Shown in pieces: positions 1 to 12,190 of a DNA stretch of 64,000 nt. Position 1 is the first letter of the stretch. Each line of letters starts with the position of its first letter. The notes under the pieces are model-generated. The model saw only the letters and a list, made by a program, of their open reading frames with translations. It was not told where the DNA came from and made no database searches. The position numbers and the translations under genes were made by a program. This stretch comes from Mobula birostris (lineage: Eukaryota): the NCBI RefSeq assembly GCF_030028105.1, contig NC_092371.1, positions 96,189,064 to 96,253,063 on the forward strand. The letters are read 5' to 3'.

Positions 1-1132
1 CGGGAAAGTCACATACGTGGATAGAGCGTTGGCTGATTGGCAGGAAACAGAGAGTGGGAATAAAGGTATCCTATTCTGGTTGGCTGCCGGTTACCAGTGG
101 TGTTCCGCAGGGATCAGTGTTGGGGCTGCTTCTTTTAACATTGTACATCAACGATTTAGATTATGGAATAGATGGCTTTGTGGCTAAGTTTGCTGACGAT
201 ACGAAGATAGGTGGAGGGGCCGGTAGTGCTGAGGAAACGGAGAGTCTGCAGAGGGACTTGGATAGATTGGAAGAATCGGCAGAGAAGTGGCAAATGAAGT
301 ACAATGTTGGAAAGTGTATGGTTATGCACTTTGGCAGAAAAAATAAACGGGCAGACTATTATTTAAATGGGGAAAGAATTCAAAGTTCTGAGATGCAACG
401 GGACTTGGGAGTCCTCGTACAGGATACCCTTAAAGTTAACCTCCAGGTTGAGTCAGTAGTGAAGAAGGCGAATGCAATGTTGGCATTCATTTTTAGAGGA
501 ATAAAGTATAGGAGCAGGGATGTGATGTTGAGGATCTATAAGGCGCTGGTGAGACCTCACTTGGAGTACTGTGGGCAGTTTTGGTCTCCTTATTTAAGAA
601 AGGATGTGCTGACGTTGGAGAGGGTACAGAAAAGACTCACGAGAATGATTCCGGGAATGAGAGGGTTAACATATGAGGAACGTTTGTCCGCTCTTGGACT
701 GTATTCCTTGGAGTTTAGAAGAATGAGGGGAGACCTCATAGAAACATTTCGAATGTTAAAAGGCATGGACAAAGTGGATGTGGCAACGTTGTTTCCCATT
801 ATGGGGGAGTCTAGTACGAGAGGGCATGACTTAAAGATTGAAGGGCGCCCTTTCAGAACAGAAATGCGAAGAAATTTTTTTAGTCAGAGGGTGGTGAATC
901 TATGGAATTTGTTGCCACGGGCAGCAGTGGAGGCCAAGTTATCGGGTGTATTTAAGGCAGAGATTGATAGGTATCTGAGTAGCCAGGGCATCAAAGGTTA
1001 TGGTGAGAAGGCAGGGGAGTGGGACTAAATTGGAGAAAATGGATCAGCTCATGATAAAATGGTGGAGCAGACTCTATGGGCCGAATGGCCTACTTCTGCT
1101 CCTTTGTCTTATGGTCTTATGGTCTTATGGTC
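1..1132 (+). mobile_element. CR1-clade LINE, 3' part (RT C-terminal half and 3' UTR), cut by the window edge
   Basis: ORF 54-1028 contains GVPQGSVLG and KFADDTK RT motifs and the CR1 C-terminal FFSQRVVNLWN; ends in (ATGGTCTT)n terminal repeats ~1110-1132. Confidence 0.92.
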
Positions 1133-1651
1133 GTTTTGTTTGGCTAATCGTTTCAGAGCTACCACCACTGCTGGTCACAATCTACGTCATTGATCTGTAC
1201 ATGGAGGCCAAATGCAGCACATCCAAATTGTTTGCATTGTGGGTTCTGAGGAGGATATAGAAAAGTGCTGTTTCAATATACAGTTGTGGTGGAAATAAGC
1301 CTATGGCAAATGTCTCCTTATCTGATAGTTAATTAACATGGGGACTGAAAACGGAGGAGAGCTACCTTAACAGATTCCTAAAGGATGAAATGGAACTGAT
1401 GAAATTGACAACCATGGAGATATGGCGATTCCAAACCCCACTTCTCCCTTCTGATGTTTATTACTCGTTTCCAATAAACAAAATTGTGGTCATGCTCATT
1501 CTAAACTTCCTACTTTGTGGTCAGATAAATGCATGTTGTTTGTGTCCTAACTCGAACTGGATCCCATTTATGCGCACTTACTGTGCTTTTCGGGATATAT
1601 TAGTTTCTGCATAAAACTTAACTCATGTTGAAAATCTGAAGCAGAATATAG

Positions 1652-4386
1652 AACATAGAATACAGCACAGTACAGGCCCTTCGGCCTACAATGTCGTGCC
1701 GACCTTTAAACCCTGCCTCCCATATAACACCCCACCTTAAATTCCTCCATATACCTGTCTAGTAGTCTCTTAAATTTCACTAGTGTATCTGCCTCCACCA
1801 CTGACTCAGGCAGTGAATTCCACACTCCAACCACTCTCTGAGTGAAAAACATTCCTCTAATATCCCCCTTGAAACTCCCACCCCTTACCTTAAAGCCATG
1901 TCCTCTTGTATTGAGCAGTGGTGCCATGGGGAAGAGACACTGGCTGTCCACTTTGTCTATTCCTCTTAATATCTTGTATACCTCTATCATGTCTCCTCTC
2001 ATCCTCCTTCTCTCCAGAGGTTAAAGCCCCAGCTCCCTTAATCTCTGATCATGATGAATACTCTCTAAACCAGGCAGCAACCTGGTAAATCTCCTCTGTA
2101 CCCTTTCCAATGCTTCCACATCCTTCCTATAGTGAGGCGACCAGAACTGGATGCAGTACTCCAAGTGTGGCCTAATCAGAGTTTTATAGAGCTGCATTAT
2201 TGCGACTCTTAAACTCTACCCCTCGACTGTCATGGTCTGGTCCGTGAAGTCCGCATCCCGGTTCACTGTCCAGTCTGTGTACTCAGGACTCCGGATCTTC
2301 CAGCTGTCCCTTGTTTTGTCTGAGTTAATCATAGGAACCTGATTCCCACCTTGGGGCTTGGAATATAAGTAGACTTGGGGTTGAGTGTGGGCTGCTGGTT
2401 TGTCTTGTCAAGATCCCCTCGGAGCAACCTGCCAGTGGAAGGCTAGAGCGGCCACTTGCCATCTTTAGGCCGCGTTGTGGAACCATCCCCTCATGGAGGC
2501 TTCCTGTCAGTAGTCGGAGCTGTCTTTGCGGTATGGAGTCGGCTGTCTCCAGGCCAGCTGAGTGGCTGCAGACGCTCCGAACTAGGTAGGGATCCGGCTG
2601 TTTCCGTAGCCAGCTGAGGTTTCTGGCCAAACGGAGATTCGGAGCATCCCCGGACCAGAGATGGAACTGTCTGTCGTTCCTTGGTGTTTGTTTCTTCCTG
2701 TCCTCTCCTCCGTGGGATAAGCCAGGTTGTTCTGCCGTTGCCCTGCGGGAGGATCTGTCTTGTCTTGGCCTCGCTTCTGTGGGGTAAGTCAGGCCGTTCT
2801 GCCGTTACTCAATAGGCGCATCTGTCCCACCTTGGTCTAGAGATAAAGTTGAGTCCCGGCTTGACTATGGATGAGTCCCGACTCTATGTCTATGTACTGT
2901 CCAGTCTCATGTTATTGTCGAGTTAAAGATGAATTCCGGCTTTTCGAAGGGTAAGTCCCGGCTCTCTGTTGATGTAGAGTTCCCAGTCCGTCTCCGAGCT
3001 CCAGCCTCCGAGTTATCAGCCTCCGCATTCCAAGACCCCAGCTCCCAGCCTGCATCCTTAGGACCCAAGATCCCAGACTGCAAGTCTCAAGAGCCAAGAC
3101 CCCAGCCTGCAAGCCCCAAGAGCCAAGACCCCAGCCTGCAGCCTCAAGATCCAAGACCCCAGCCTGCAGCCTCAAGTTCCAAGACCCCAGCCGACAGCCT
3201 CAAGATCAAGACCCCAGCCACGTCCAGTCTTGTAGCCATGTCATATCCTTGCCTAAATTCTGGGGTCTGAGCCCGAGGCAAGACGCACGTGCTGGGTCCT
3301 TGTCCAGTCTCTGGCTCGGAGTCTCAAGCCCAGGCTCCAAGTTCATGGTTCCAAGTCTTTGTGTCGCTTTCTATAGCCCAGGCTACTAGTTCACAGTTCC
3401 TTGTCTGGGTTCCCTTTCTAGTCCATGTCCTAGCCCAAGTCTGCGTTCTTGTCCCTGCTCCTTGCCCGTATCCGGTCACGTCCCTACTCTGGTCAAGTCC
3501 TGTTCCTTGTACTTCAGTGTCTGTGTTTTGCATTTGAGTCCGTTCCCAAGGACCCCCCCCCCCCACTATTGTGAGATCGACTTATGAAAGCTAACACCCC
3601 ATAAGCTTTCTTATCTACCATATATACCTGTGAGGAAACTTTCAGGGATCTGTGAACATGTACTCCCAGATCCCTCTGCTCCTCCACACTACCAAATGTC
3701 CTGCCATTTACTTTGTACTCTGCTTTGGAGTTTGTCCTTCCAAAGTGTACTACCTCACATTTCTCCGTGTTGAACTCCATCTGCCACTTCTCAGCCCACT
3801 TCTGCATCCTATCAATGTCTCTCTGCAATCTTCGACTACAATATCTGCAACACCACCAACCTTTGTGTCGTCTGCAAACTTGCCAACCCATCCTACTACC
3901 CCCACATGCAGGTCGTTAATAAAAATCACGAAAAGTAGAGGTCCCAGAACAGATCCTTGTGGGACACCACTAGTCACAACCCTCCAATCTGAATGTACTC
4001 CCTCCAGCACGAACCTCCGCTTTCTGCAGGCAAGCCAGTTCTGAATCCACCTCCCAAACTTCCCTGGATCCCATGCCTTCTGACATTCTGAACAAGCCTA
4101 CCGTGTGGAACCTTGACAAATACCTTACTAAAATCTATGTAGATCACAACCACTGCACTACCCTCATCTATATGCCTGGTCACCTCCTCGAAGAACTCTA
4201 TCAGGCTTGTTAGACACGATCTGCCCTTCACAAAGCCATGCCGACTGTCCCTGATCAGCGCATGATTCTCTAAATGCCCATAGATCCTATCTCTAAGAAT
4301 CTTTTCCAACAGCATTCCGACCACAGACGTAAGGCTCTCTGGTCTATAATTACCGGGACTATCCCTACTACCTTTTTGAATAAGGG
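1652..4386 (-). mobile_element. 5'-truncated, frameshifted CR1 LINE interrupted by a solo LTR
   Basis: Minus-strand ORF pieces (3974-4408, 3750-4010, 3514-3891, 1706-2002) encode consecutive CR1 RT segments; ATATAG at 1646-1651 and 4387-4392 flanks it; paralogous empty site at ~13120-13135. Confidence 0.9.
2228..3576. mobile_element. Solo LTR with internal degenerate tandem repeats
   Basis: Starts TGTCATG, ends TGTGAGA; perfect 5-bp TSD TCGAC (2223-2227, 3577-3581); CR1 sequence is continuous across it; related to 49679-50635. Confidence 0.85.
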
Positions 4387-4513
4387 ATATAGTGGATCCT
4401 GGAATCAAAAATATTCAGCATTGCGAACAGCTTCTGAGGATAAAAATGCTATCATTTTATATTAGTGATTTTACGAATTATTTCAGCATTCACAATTGCG
4501 TTAAGGCACCCAA

Positions 4514-4888
4514 TGTCGTGGTCCCGTCTGGCAATTCCCTATCTTGCTATTACTTCCTTAATTGGGCCTTAATTCCCTTGTCCGATTTATAATCATTCCC
4601 AGTTCCACTAATTACAGCACACCTAGTTCCCGCTAGCGAACATAGGATAAAACTCGGGCGGCACAGCCATGCTTTGCCAGTTGGTTGGTCGACTCTAGTG
4701 TGAGTAAACCTCGTTTCCTGATTCCTTGGGACTGCCAGTTCTAAATTCCGCATCAGTTCCTGGATACTCTACGTAAACCTTGTCTCCGTATACCCGTTCC
4801 CCGTTCGCGGCGGTGCTAACGCCTCACGACTCTGCCTCTGCGCCTGTGTCCTGCACTTGGGTTCGTCCTCAGCCTCGTCCTCGCAAGA
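4514..4888. mobile_element. Short solo LTR (375 bp)
   Basis: Starts TGTCGTG; 5-bp TSD CCCAA (4509-4513, 4889-4893); absent from paralogous sites at ~13245 and ~46368; 3' end TGTGTCCTGCACTTGGGT resembles the other LTRs here. Confidence 0.75.
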
Positions 4889-5559
4889 CCCAATCCTGCA
4901 TTCCAAATCTAGAGATGTCATCCTTACATGGAAGATAGGATAAATATTACGATGGTGCAGAGTTGAATATTAATTCGTGACGTTTACAATTAAAAGTTGA
5001 TATTCTGACATTTTCTCCGATGCCCTTTGTTTGCTCTTCCCTCTTTAGTTTGTCGTAATTAGCAGCAAGCAAATTTAATATTGATTTGGCTCATATTGTT
5101 TCATGTTCCATTACGTATGTTGACCATTATTCCAAGGAGTTGCTGAAATTGTACAAGGGTGCTCCCGAGAATACGGTACATGTGGAATAGTGATTGCAGT
5201 TTGTTTTTTTTTTACTTAGGATAGTTTACACATGCTTTGGAATTCATAATGCATAATGTTACCGGTGTACTTAGGTAGTGAAGTCCTATTATCAGGCATT
5301 TAAGAAGACTGGTGTAATGTTACCGGTTTTCAGCAAAACGAGAGATGATATCACCGCGACATACAAAAAAAAATGTGCGTGAGAAGATGAATTTTAGAAG
5401 CCCTTTCCTCAAGCTGCTTAGGATCCACAAATCAATCACCGAAAATTAATGTAAATGGAAACAATCTGCGGGAAGGGCAATAGGACATGATTATAATGGT
5501 AAAATAGCACAGTGGACTCACGGTCGCATCTCATCAGGACGGCACCTGAAGTATTTATT

Positions 5560-5830
5560 TATTTGTTTGTTTGTTTGTTTCGAGGCATAGCGTAGAACAT
5601 CCCCTTCCGACCCCATGAGCCTCAGAGCCGGCGGCGTACCCTTGAATCGTAACTTAATCACGGAAAAATTTGCAATCCAGATTTTTGGAATTTGGGAGGT
5701 AACCGGATCACTCGGAGGAAACCCGCGAGTTCACGGGGAGGAGCATACAAACTCCTTGCGAATTACGTCGGGACAGAACTGCGATATCACTCGGACTCGC
5801 GCTAACCGCTACATTATTGTGGTGTCCAAT
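5560..5830 (-). mobile_element. tRNA-derived V-SINE-like element (paralogue ~17640-17910; related copies ~42240-42495 and ~61900-62100)
   Basis: Minus strand has a tRNA-like head followed by a CTCCCCGTGAACTCGCGGGTTTCCTCCGAGTGATCCGG core resembling the V-domain of HE1-type SINEs; (TTTG/TTTA)n tail. Confidence 0.6.
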
Positions 5831-7953
5831 GTGAACAGGTTGAAGTTTTCTCTCCAAGGATGAAAAAAATGCGAGAAAATGAAGAGGGTTCGTCCGAATA
5901 GCATCGGGAGTAGTGGTTGATTCTATGTCGAGAGTTCAGAAGGCTGTACCGAAATTCTCCGGAGTTCAGAAGAGTGGGCACCTCACTGAAATACTGAATA
6001 CCGTCAAGTGCATGTTTGAAAGTAATATTGAAGTAGTTTTCTACAAGATCGGATAAATCAAACGGAAATGGGGAAACCTGGAGTGGTGATATATACAATA
6101 TATTGCGCCATACGTAGTGATTTGCAGAGCAAAAAATAAAATGTGATGATTTGGCATTTATTATTAACTAACATTTGGCTTCGTATTGAGGAGGCAACTG
6201 GTATATTTAAAAAAACTTGTTCATACTTTACAGGAAGTTCGAAATGCCTCGATTATTTTTCCCTAGTGCTTATTATCTGTGTCTAAGACACGATCTATTT
6301 GCTTGGAGTCAGTGCAGCATAGTAGACTGAATTAATTGCTGATGTGAGAATAATTTCCATTAAACAGATATTTAAGAAAACTGGAGTTAAGGTTATTGTA
6401 GTTTGACAGTACGTGAGACGCTCCTGTGCAAAATCCTCAACTGGTTTGAGAAACCAGATATTGGGAAGCCTTTTCTCTAGCTGTTAAAACTAGGTCTGGA
6501 ATCAACCGTCTTTGTCTGAAACTTTGCATAATCTGAGAACTAAAAAGTTTCTTTTTATATGAGGCATTCCCAACTTTCTCCTCTGAGATCAGACATATAC
6601 GGTATTCATCGGTGACACTGATAGATTTTAGAACACCTTGTGAAGCACAGCGTACGAGGAACGGCAGGACAATTGGCAAGATACATGGTCCTACTGCAGC
6701 AGGGATAGGCAGTGGATGGAGCTAGGTGGTCCCGTGCTGGTACTCCTGCATCTCTCTTCGGCCTTGCATTTTTAGATGCGACCAAAATGTTACTAATTTA
6801 CAACAAGGAACCTATAATATAATCAGATGTTTAATAAAATCAAAGATTGCATGTTTGCGGAAATGCTGAACTGCCTCAGCTTATTTTTATTTTGAAGATG
6901 ACTATAAATCCCAGCAGAAATATTAAACCTGAGAACAGACAAATGTGGTGATTAGAGATTTCACCGGGATTCACTTCGGGGAGTTCTTATTGACTTCGCT
7001 CTCCGGTGGAATTTTTATGCATTATAGGAAGAACCATGTTTAAGCAAAGCGTGAAATGGAAGCATATAATGGAGTTTTATATAAGGATTGTTTTGGTAAT
7101 AAGGCGGAGATGGATTCTGTATCCCCGTGCCACGGAATCCATTCGGGTTACTCAAAGTACCAGTCTCACACTATTGTTAATGATCTGAATGACAGGGAGG
7201 AAACATCCGCCACTTAAATGCACTGTTGAGAAACATTTACTGGCCTCAGCCTCACACGCATGCTCAGGATCAATAAACACCTGGACAAACCCTAACTGTA
7301 TATAATCCCAAAATTAGCATCATTAATGTCTTCTTGTTCTGCATATTGATCACTGCTCTAATAAGAATCATTGCCAACAATGACTTCTACCTAATATTAT
7401 TACACCCCAGCAATCGTACCCCTCCTGCGACAACCACCAGAATATCGGACATCTTGTCTAACCGTCTGATCAAACATAGCAATCGTTCATACAACGCACT
7501 ATCTGCTTACTTACAGTAAAAGGTGGAACAAAGTTTGAAAAGGTGGTTTCTTTTTGGCGATTTTCAATAGATATAATCTGAAATGTTCACAGTTATACGG
7601 AAACTCTCTGACTAGTTCAGCACTCCCTGTTTGGATTAAATATTCTTTCGATCACATGGAATTAGTAATTCTTTGTAAAGTGCGCATTTTCGTGCTTTCA
7701 GAACTATTTATTGAAAAATAATTGCATGCCGGCCAGGTTTTTGTTGCAGTACTAAATGCTGCGCTGTAGCAGAACCGAAAAGGCAGGACCCAGTATTGCA
7801 CTGTTAATTGATCCTAGTATCTGGGCCAGGTTCACACTTCAATCTATTAGGAGACACCATTGTTTGTGGGGTTTAGGGAAAAGATCAGTTTGGATTTGGG
7901 TATTTGATCCTCCACAATATTCCGCGTGGTAATTTAAACTGGAAGTGGCAGTA

Positions 7954-8099
7954 TTTTTTTTTTTACGAGGACGAGTTGCGAGCTCGACATCACACCGGCA
8001 CGGAATGGAGAGCGTGCTCGGGAGCGGCCTGTCACTGGATCGAATTTGGGAACCTCCGTTCTCCAGTCGGCGCTGATCTCACTGCGCCACCAGCCGACC
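7954..8099 (-). mobile_element. Short tRNA-derived SINE with A11 tail
   Basis: Minus strand GGTCGGCTGGTGGCGCAGTGAG (A-box-like) ... TTCGATCC (B-box-like) ... poly(A); absent from the paralogous copy at ~19620. Confidence 0.7.
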
Positions 8100-9595
8100 A
8101 ATAAAAAGACAGATAGATTGTTTAAATTTGGCTATTTTATTTACTATTTTAACTATTTATGTATTTATCTGTTTCAGGAACTAATTTTAATTAAAACGTT
8201 TAGTTGTTTAATAACATGTTCCAAATTTAACATATATTTTACAAATATCTCAATATCAGAGAATATTACTTTCATAGTAGAGTTGCTTAAAGCTAAACGG
8301 GTTTCGGATTCCTGCGAGCCAAAGTGCCAGAACAACAGACCACGAGGAAGACAAATGTTACTTTAGCCTTTGTCATGAGAGAGATTTAAGTACATGAATA
8401 GTGACGTCTTTGAGTAGTTTTGATATCGCCGCTTAAAAAGATGGAGGGGTTTCAACAAATATTCACCAGACTAGTTCCAGGGACAGCTGAACTCACCATA
8501 TGAAAATAATTTGCGTAGTCTGGCTTGTTTTTTCGAGAATTTACGAGTATGAGGGGAGATTTCAATGAAAATCTAAAATTCCAACAGATCTTAACACGCT
8601 GCATGAAGACAAGAGACTTTCCAAGATCAGGAATCCACAATCTTGGCTCCAGTCTCAGACAGGGCGGTTGCTACTAGGAACTGAAGTGAGAAGCATTCTG
8701 GGCCTTTGGGCGGGATTCCGACTTAGGGACGTTCCATCATGTTCCCGTAAATGGCAACTTGGCACAACCTGCTCCTCAGTCAAGAACACGCATTTAATGT
8801 GCACTCGGTGGCGGAATTCTCCACCTTTTCAAGACACAATTATTAAATTCCACGTTATCTGCATATTAAGGGAGAGGCAGGAACATGACGCTCAGGTCGA
8901 ATCTCAACTACAACATGAATACCTGAAGATGTTAGGAGGACAAAATGCCCTTTTCCTCTTTCCAGTTTTATGGTTAATAACCGATACAACCAGGGTCACA
9001 TCATCAGCTGTCAAAGGATTTTGACAGCATTTCAGGATGAAAGTCTCTTACTGCTCCGCCTGCATTGGGAAGAGTGCACAGCAGTTCTGAGATGGTGTTT
9101 TGTGGCACCTTTCCGACTCTACGTCTCAAGCCAAAGGAAATAGCAGCATACATAGCCTTTATAGATTTTTGGCTTCTTTCTCAGAGATGCCATGAGTACA
9201 AATTCCATCTGTAGCTAACTACTGCTGTTCACTTCTGACTACGGGCATTAACATACGGAGCGGAGTAGGCTCAAATTGTCCCTTTTTTGCATTCCCACAA
9301 TTTATTCACACATCTGTTACCTTTGATAGCTTGTGACTATGGGAATCGCTACTGTAAAACAAACGCCCGTAGCTGCTGTTTTTGCACCGCGGCATCTCCA
9401 CTTAACACATTCCGCTAATGTGACAACCTGTGACCGCATGCCCGCTTTTCGAATCCCAAGCAGTGTTACATTAAAAGTGGGCGGTAAAAGTTGGCGTTCG
9501 TAATCTCAATGAATTTAGGCATTTGCAGGCGACCCTCCTCTGGTTATACTCAAGCGTTGACATACAAAATATACAGATTGCCAGAAGAATAATAT

Positions 9596-9606
9596 TTTAT
9601 TTTATT
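9596..9606 (-). promoter_or_regulatory. Tandem AATAAA polyadenylation signals of the orphan C exon
   Basis: Plus-strand TTTATT at 9596-9601 and 9601-9606, ~170 nt past the C stop; conserved in the paralogue at ~22225. Confidence 0.65.
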
Positions 9607-9775
9607 TAAACAAAAGATTCTAGCACTCAATTACAAAGTGATTATTTTCTTATAATGTAAATATTGTTGAAGTTCTACTTTTCGAAAGCTGCTCGCCAAT
9701 AGAAATGAAGCAATCGTAAAACGTTGCTGACCCCGACCATAAGTAACATCGCGCACCCAGCCTGCCGGCTCTCTC

Positions 9776-10104
9776 TTACGCACAGCCCGATTTCTGGATG
9801 CTTCGCTTCAGTGGAGACCCGAGAGACTGGTGTGTAACCCCGCAAGTGTACACTTCGTGTGAGTTCCACTCGGAGGCGGTCAGGGTGAGGTAACTGCTCA
9901 GGCTGTAGGTCTGGTCGTTATTCCGGACGGTTCGGGTCGTCTGGACACCAGCCTTCACGGAATTGCCGTCCATTTCCCAGGAAACCTCCACCAATCTAGG
10001 GGAAAAATTATTCACCAGACACACCAGAGTCGCCATCCGTCCTTCAGTGATCTGTTTTGACGCGGGTGGAAGAAGAGCAATCGAAGGACGGGTCAATTTT
10101 CCAC
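9776..10104 (-). CDS. IGLC: Ig light chain lambda (type II) constant exon C1, intact ORF, no linked VJ found
   Basis: ttccag|GT GGA AAA TTG phase-1 acceptor; GGKLTRPSIALLPP...ATLVCLV...SW...YTC...KSGCA* has the C1-set Cys/Trp/Cys and penultimate Cys. Confidence 0.93.
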
Positions 10105-11192
10105 CTGGAATAAAATAAAATGTCCATATTAAAGAACGATAATAAATCGTGTGTGAATCATTTAATACTTAGTGATTTAGTGACTCTGATGGCAAATTGC
10201 GGGTTCAAGTCCAACACCGAGGACGAGTGGAAAAAAGTGGACAGACTTTGTACATCGGTGCTAAATGCGCGTTCAACAATCGGCATTCGGCCGGTGCGCT
10301 GATTGGAAACGACCTGTGGGGTTATTTTCAGGAGAAGCAGGAGAGAATATTGTCCTGGACTCAAAACTATCGTAATTACATAGCCGCACTACAATTACTG
10401 AGACCCTCCCGTGCGAGAATAGGCTGCGCAGTTCCAGTTATAATTCGATTATTTCTTCTGTCCATGAATGCCCATATATCTGAAGGTATTTTATCCGTTG
10501 CAGAGCGGCTACCTCGCGGTCTGCACAGACAGATGTCGTGATCTAAATACATGACTATACAAGAAGACTGGAGGTCGTTCTGCTTAAATGGTTTTAACAA
10601 AATGACCCAGGATACCTAAGCAAACATGAAGCGCTACTCGCACACTTCCATATTTGCGCGGGGTCATATTCACCTTCCACCTTCAGCTCCCTCCCTACCC
10701 CATGCGATGAAGGCAGAAAAGGCGACATTCGAACAATCGCCCTCTGGTGTGTATTCCTGAGTTAAGAGCGACCGATGCAATAACTGATCCACAAACACAT
10801 TTAGCACTATATGGCGATCAACGCTCTATGGAAAAACGAGCCACATATTGGAGTCACAGAATTATGCAACAAGTAAACTATTCCGCAGACTTTGTCGATG
10901 CCGAATAAAGCGTCTTCTTGAACTTGACCCAATCATCTGTATTTGCTCCTTATCTCTTATTACATTACCTCACCGTGTACATCTCTAAACGTATTTTAAA
11001 GTTCATAACAGTTGCAACACCTATCGTTTCGTCTGACGGGTGTTGCCATTTAACCACCACCTTTGTTGGGAAAAAAAATCCTTTAATTTTCCTCCATCTC
11101 CCTAAACATACGCCCTCCAGTTTTAAGCACCGTGACAATGGGAGATAGACTTTGACCAGAAAGGATCTGGTGCTTTCCCGGCATATATGAGG

Positions 11193-11354
11193 AATAAACC
11201 CCTCCTTGGTTTCCTGCCAGGTACAGGTATCTATTTTAACCAACGTTTCGATGACAAACTCTTCACCTTCATGATGAAGATGGCAGAGTTTGTCATCGAA
11301 ACGTCGCTTGAAAGCGATACCTGCACCCGTCTGGAAGTCCGATAGGGGTTTATT
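11193..11354. repeat. Inverted repeat built from two hammerhead-bearing Penelope-like fragments
   Basis: Perfect 20-bp arms 11243-11262 and 11285-11304; imperfect arms extend to AATAAACCCC / GGGGTTTATT; paralogue 23848-24009. Confidence 0.75.
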
Positions 11355-11732
11355 AGACGTTCACCGTTCACCCTATGTATTCCGTCACGATTTAGTAATC
11401 TTCTAATGTGACTCTTCAGCCTTCCTGCGTTAAAAGGAAAGCAAGCCCAGTTTATCCCAGACGTTCATTATAATTCACGACGTCCATTCCATGTGGTCAA
11501 CTAGAGCCCTGCCCACATTAATTGTTTTGGTCACCTTTTCAAAACAGCCAACTAAATTTCGAAGACGCGATTTCTCACACACAAAATCACGCTGACTATT
11601 CCTAATTTCTTGCCCTTCCAAATATTCCAAATATATATTCGATTATTTCTTCTGTCCATGAATGCCCATATATCTGAAGCTTTAGTCTGTTTTGAGATTC
11701 CAATAGCCAATTAGAATAATCAACATTTTTAA

Positions 11733-12190
11733 AAACGCAAACAACAGGAATTCTGCAGATGCTGGAAATTCAAGTAACACACATCAAAGTTGCTGGTGAA
11801 CGCAGCAGGCCAGGCAGCATCTCTAGGAAGAGGTGCAGTCGACGTTTCAGGCCGAGACCCTTCGTCAGGACTAACTGAAGGAAGAGTGAGTAAGGGATTT
11901 GAAAGTGGGAGGGGGAGGGGGAGATCAAAATGATAGGAGAAGACAAGAGGGGAAGGGATGGAGCCAAGAGCTGGACAGGTGATTGGCAAAAGGGATACGA
12001 GAGGATCATGGGACGGGAGGTCCGGGAAGAAAGACAAGGAAGGGGAGGGGGGGGACCCAGAGGATGGTGAAGGGGTATATTCAGAAGGACAGAGGGAGAA
12101 AAAGGAGAGTGAGAGAAAGAATGTGTGTATAAAAATAAGTAACAGATGGGGTACGAGGGGGAGGTGGGGCATTAGCGGAAGTTAGAGAAG
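11733..12190 (-). mobile_element. Penelope-like element (PLE) terminal fragment
   Basis: ~85-90% similar by eye to 20928-21480, which carries a GIY-YIG C-terminus; contains a hammerhead motif and purine-rich tract. Confidence 0.72.
11837..11872 (-). ncRNA. Minimal type I hammerhead ribozyme motif
   Basis: Minus: AGTC-CTGACGA-AGGGTCTCGGCCT-GAAAC-GTC^-GACT; conserved core boxes, stem I AGTC/GACT, stem II AGG/CCT. Confidence 0.7.
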
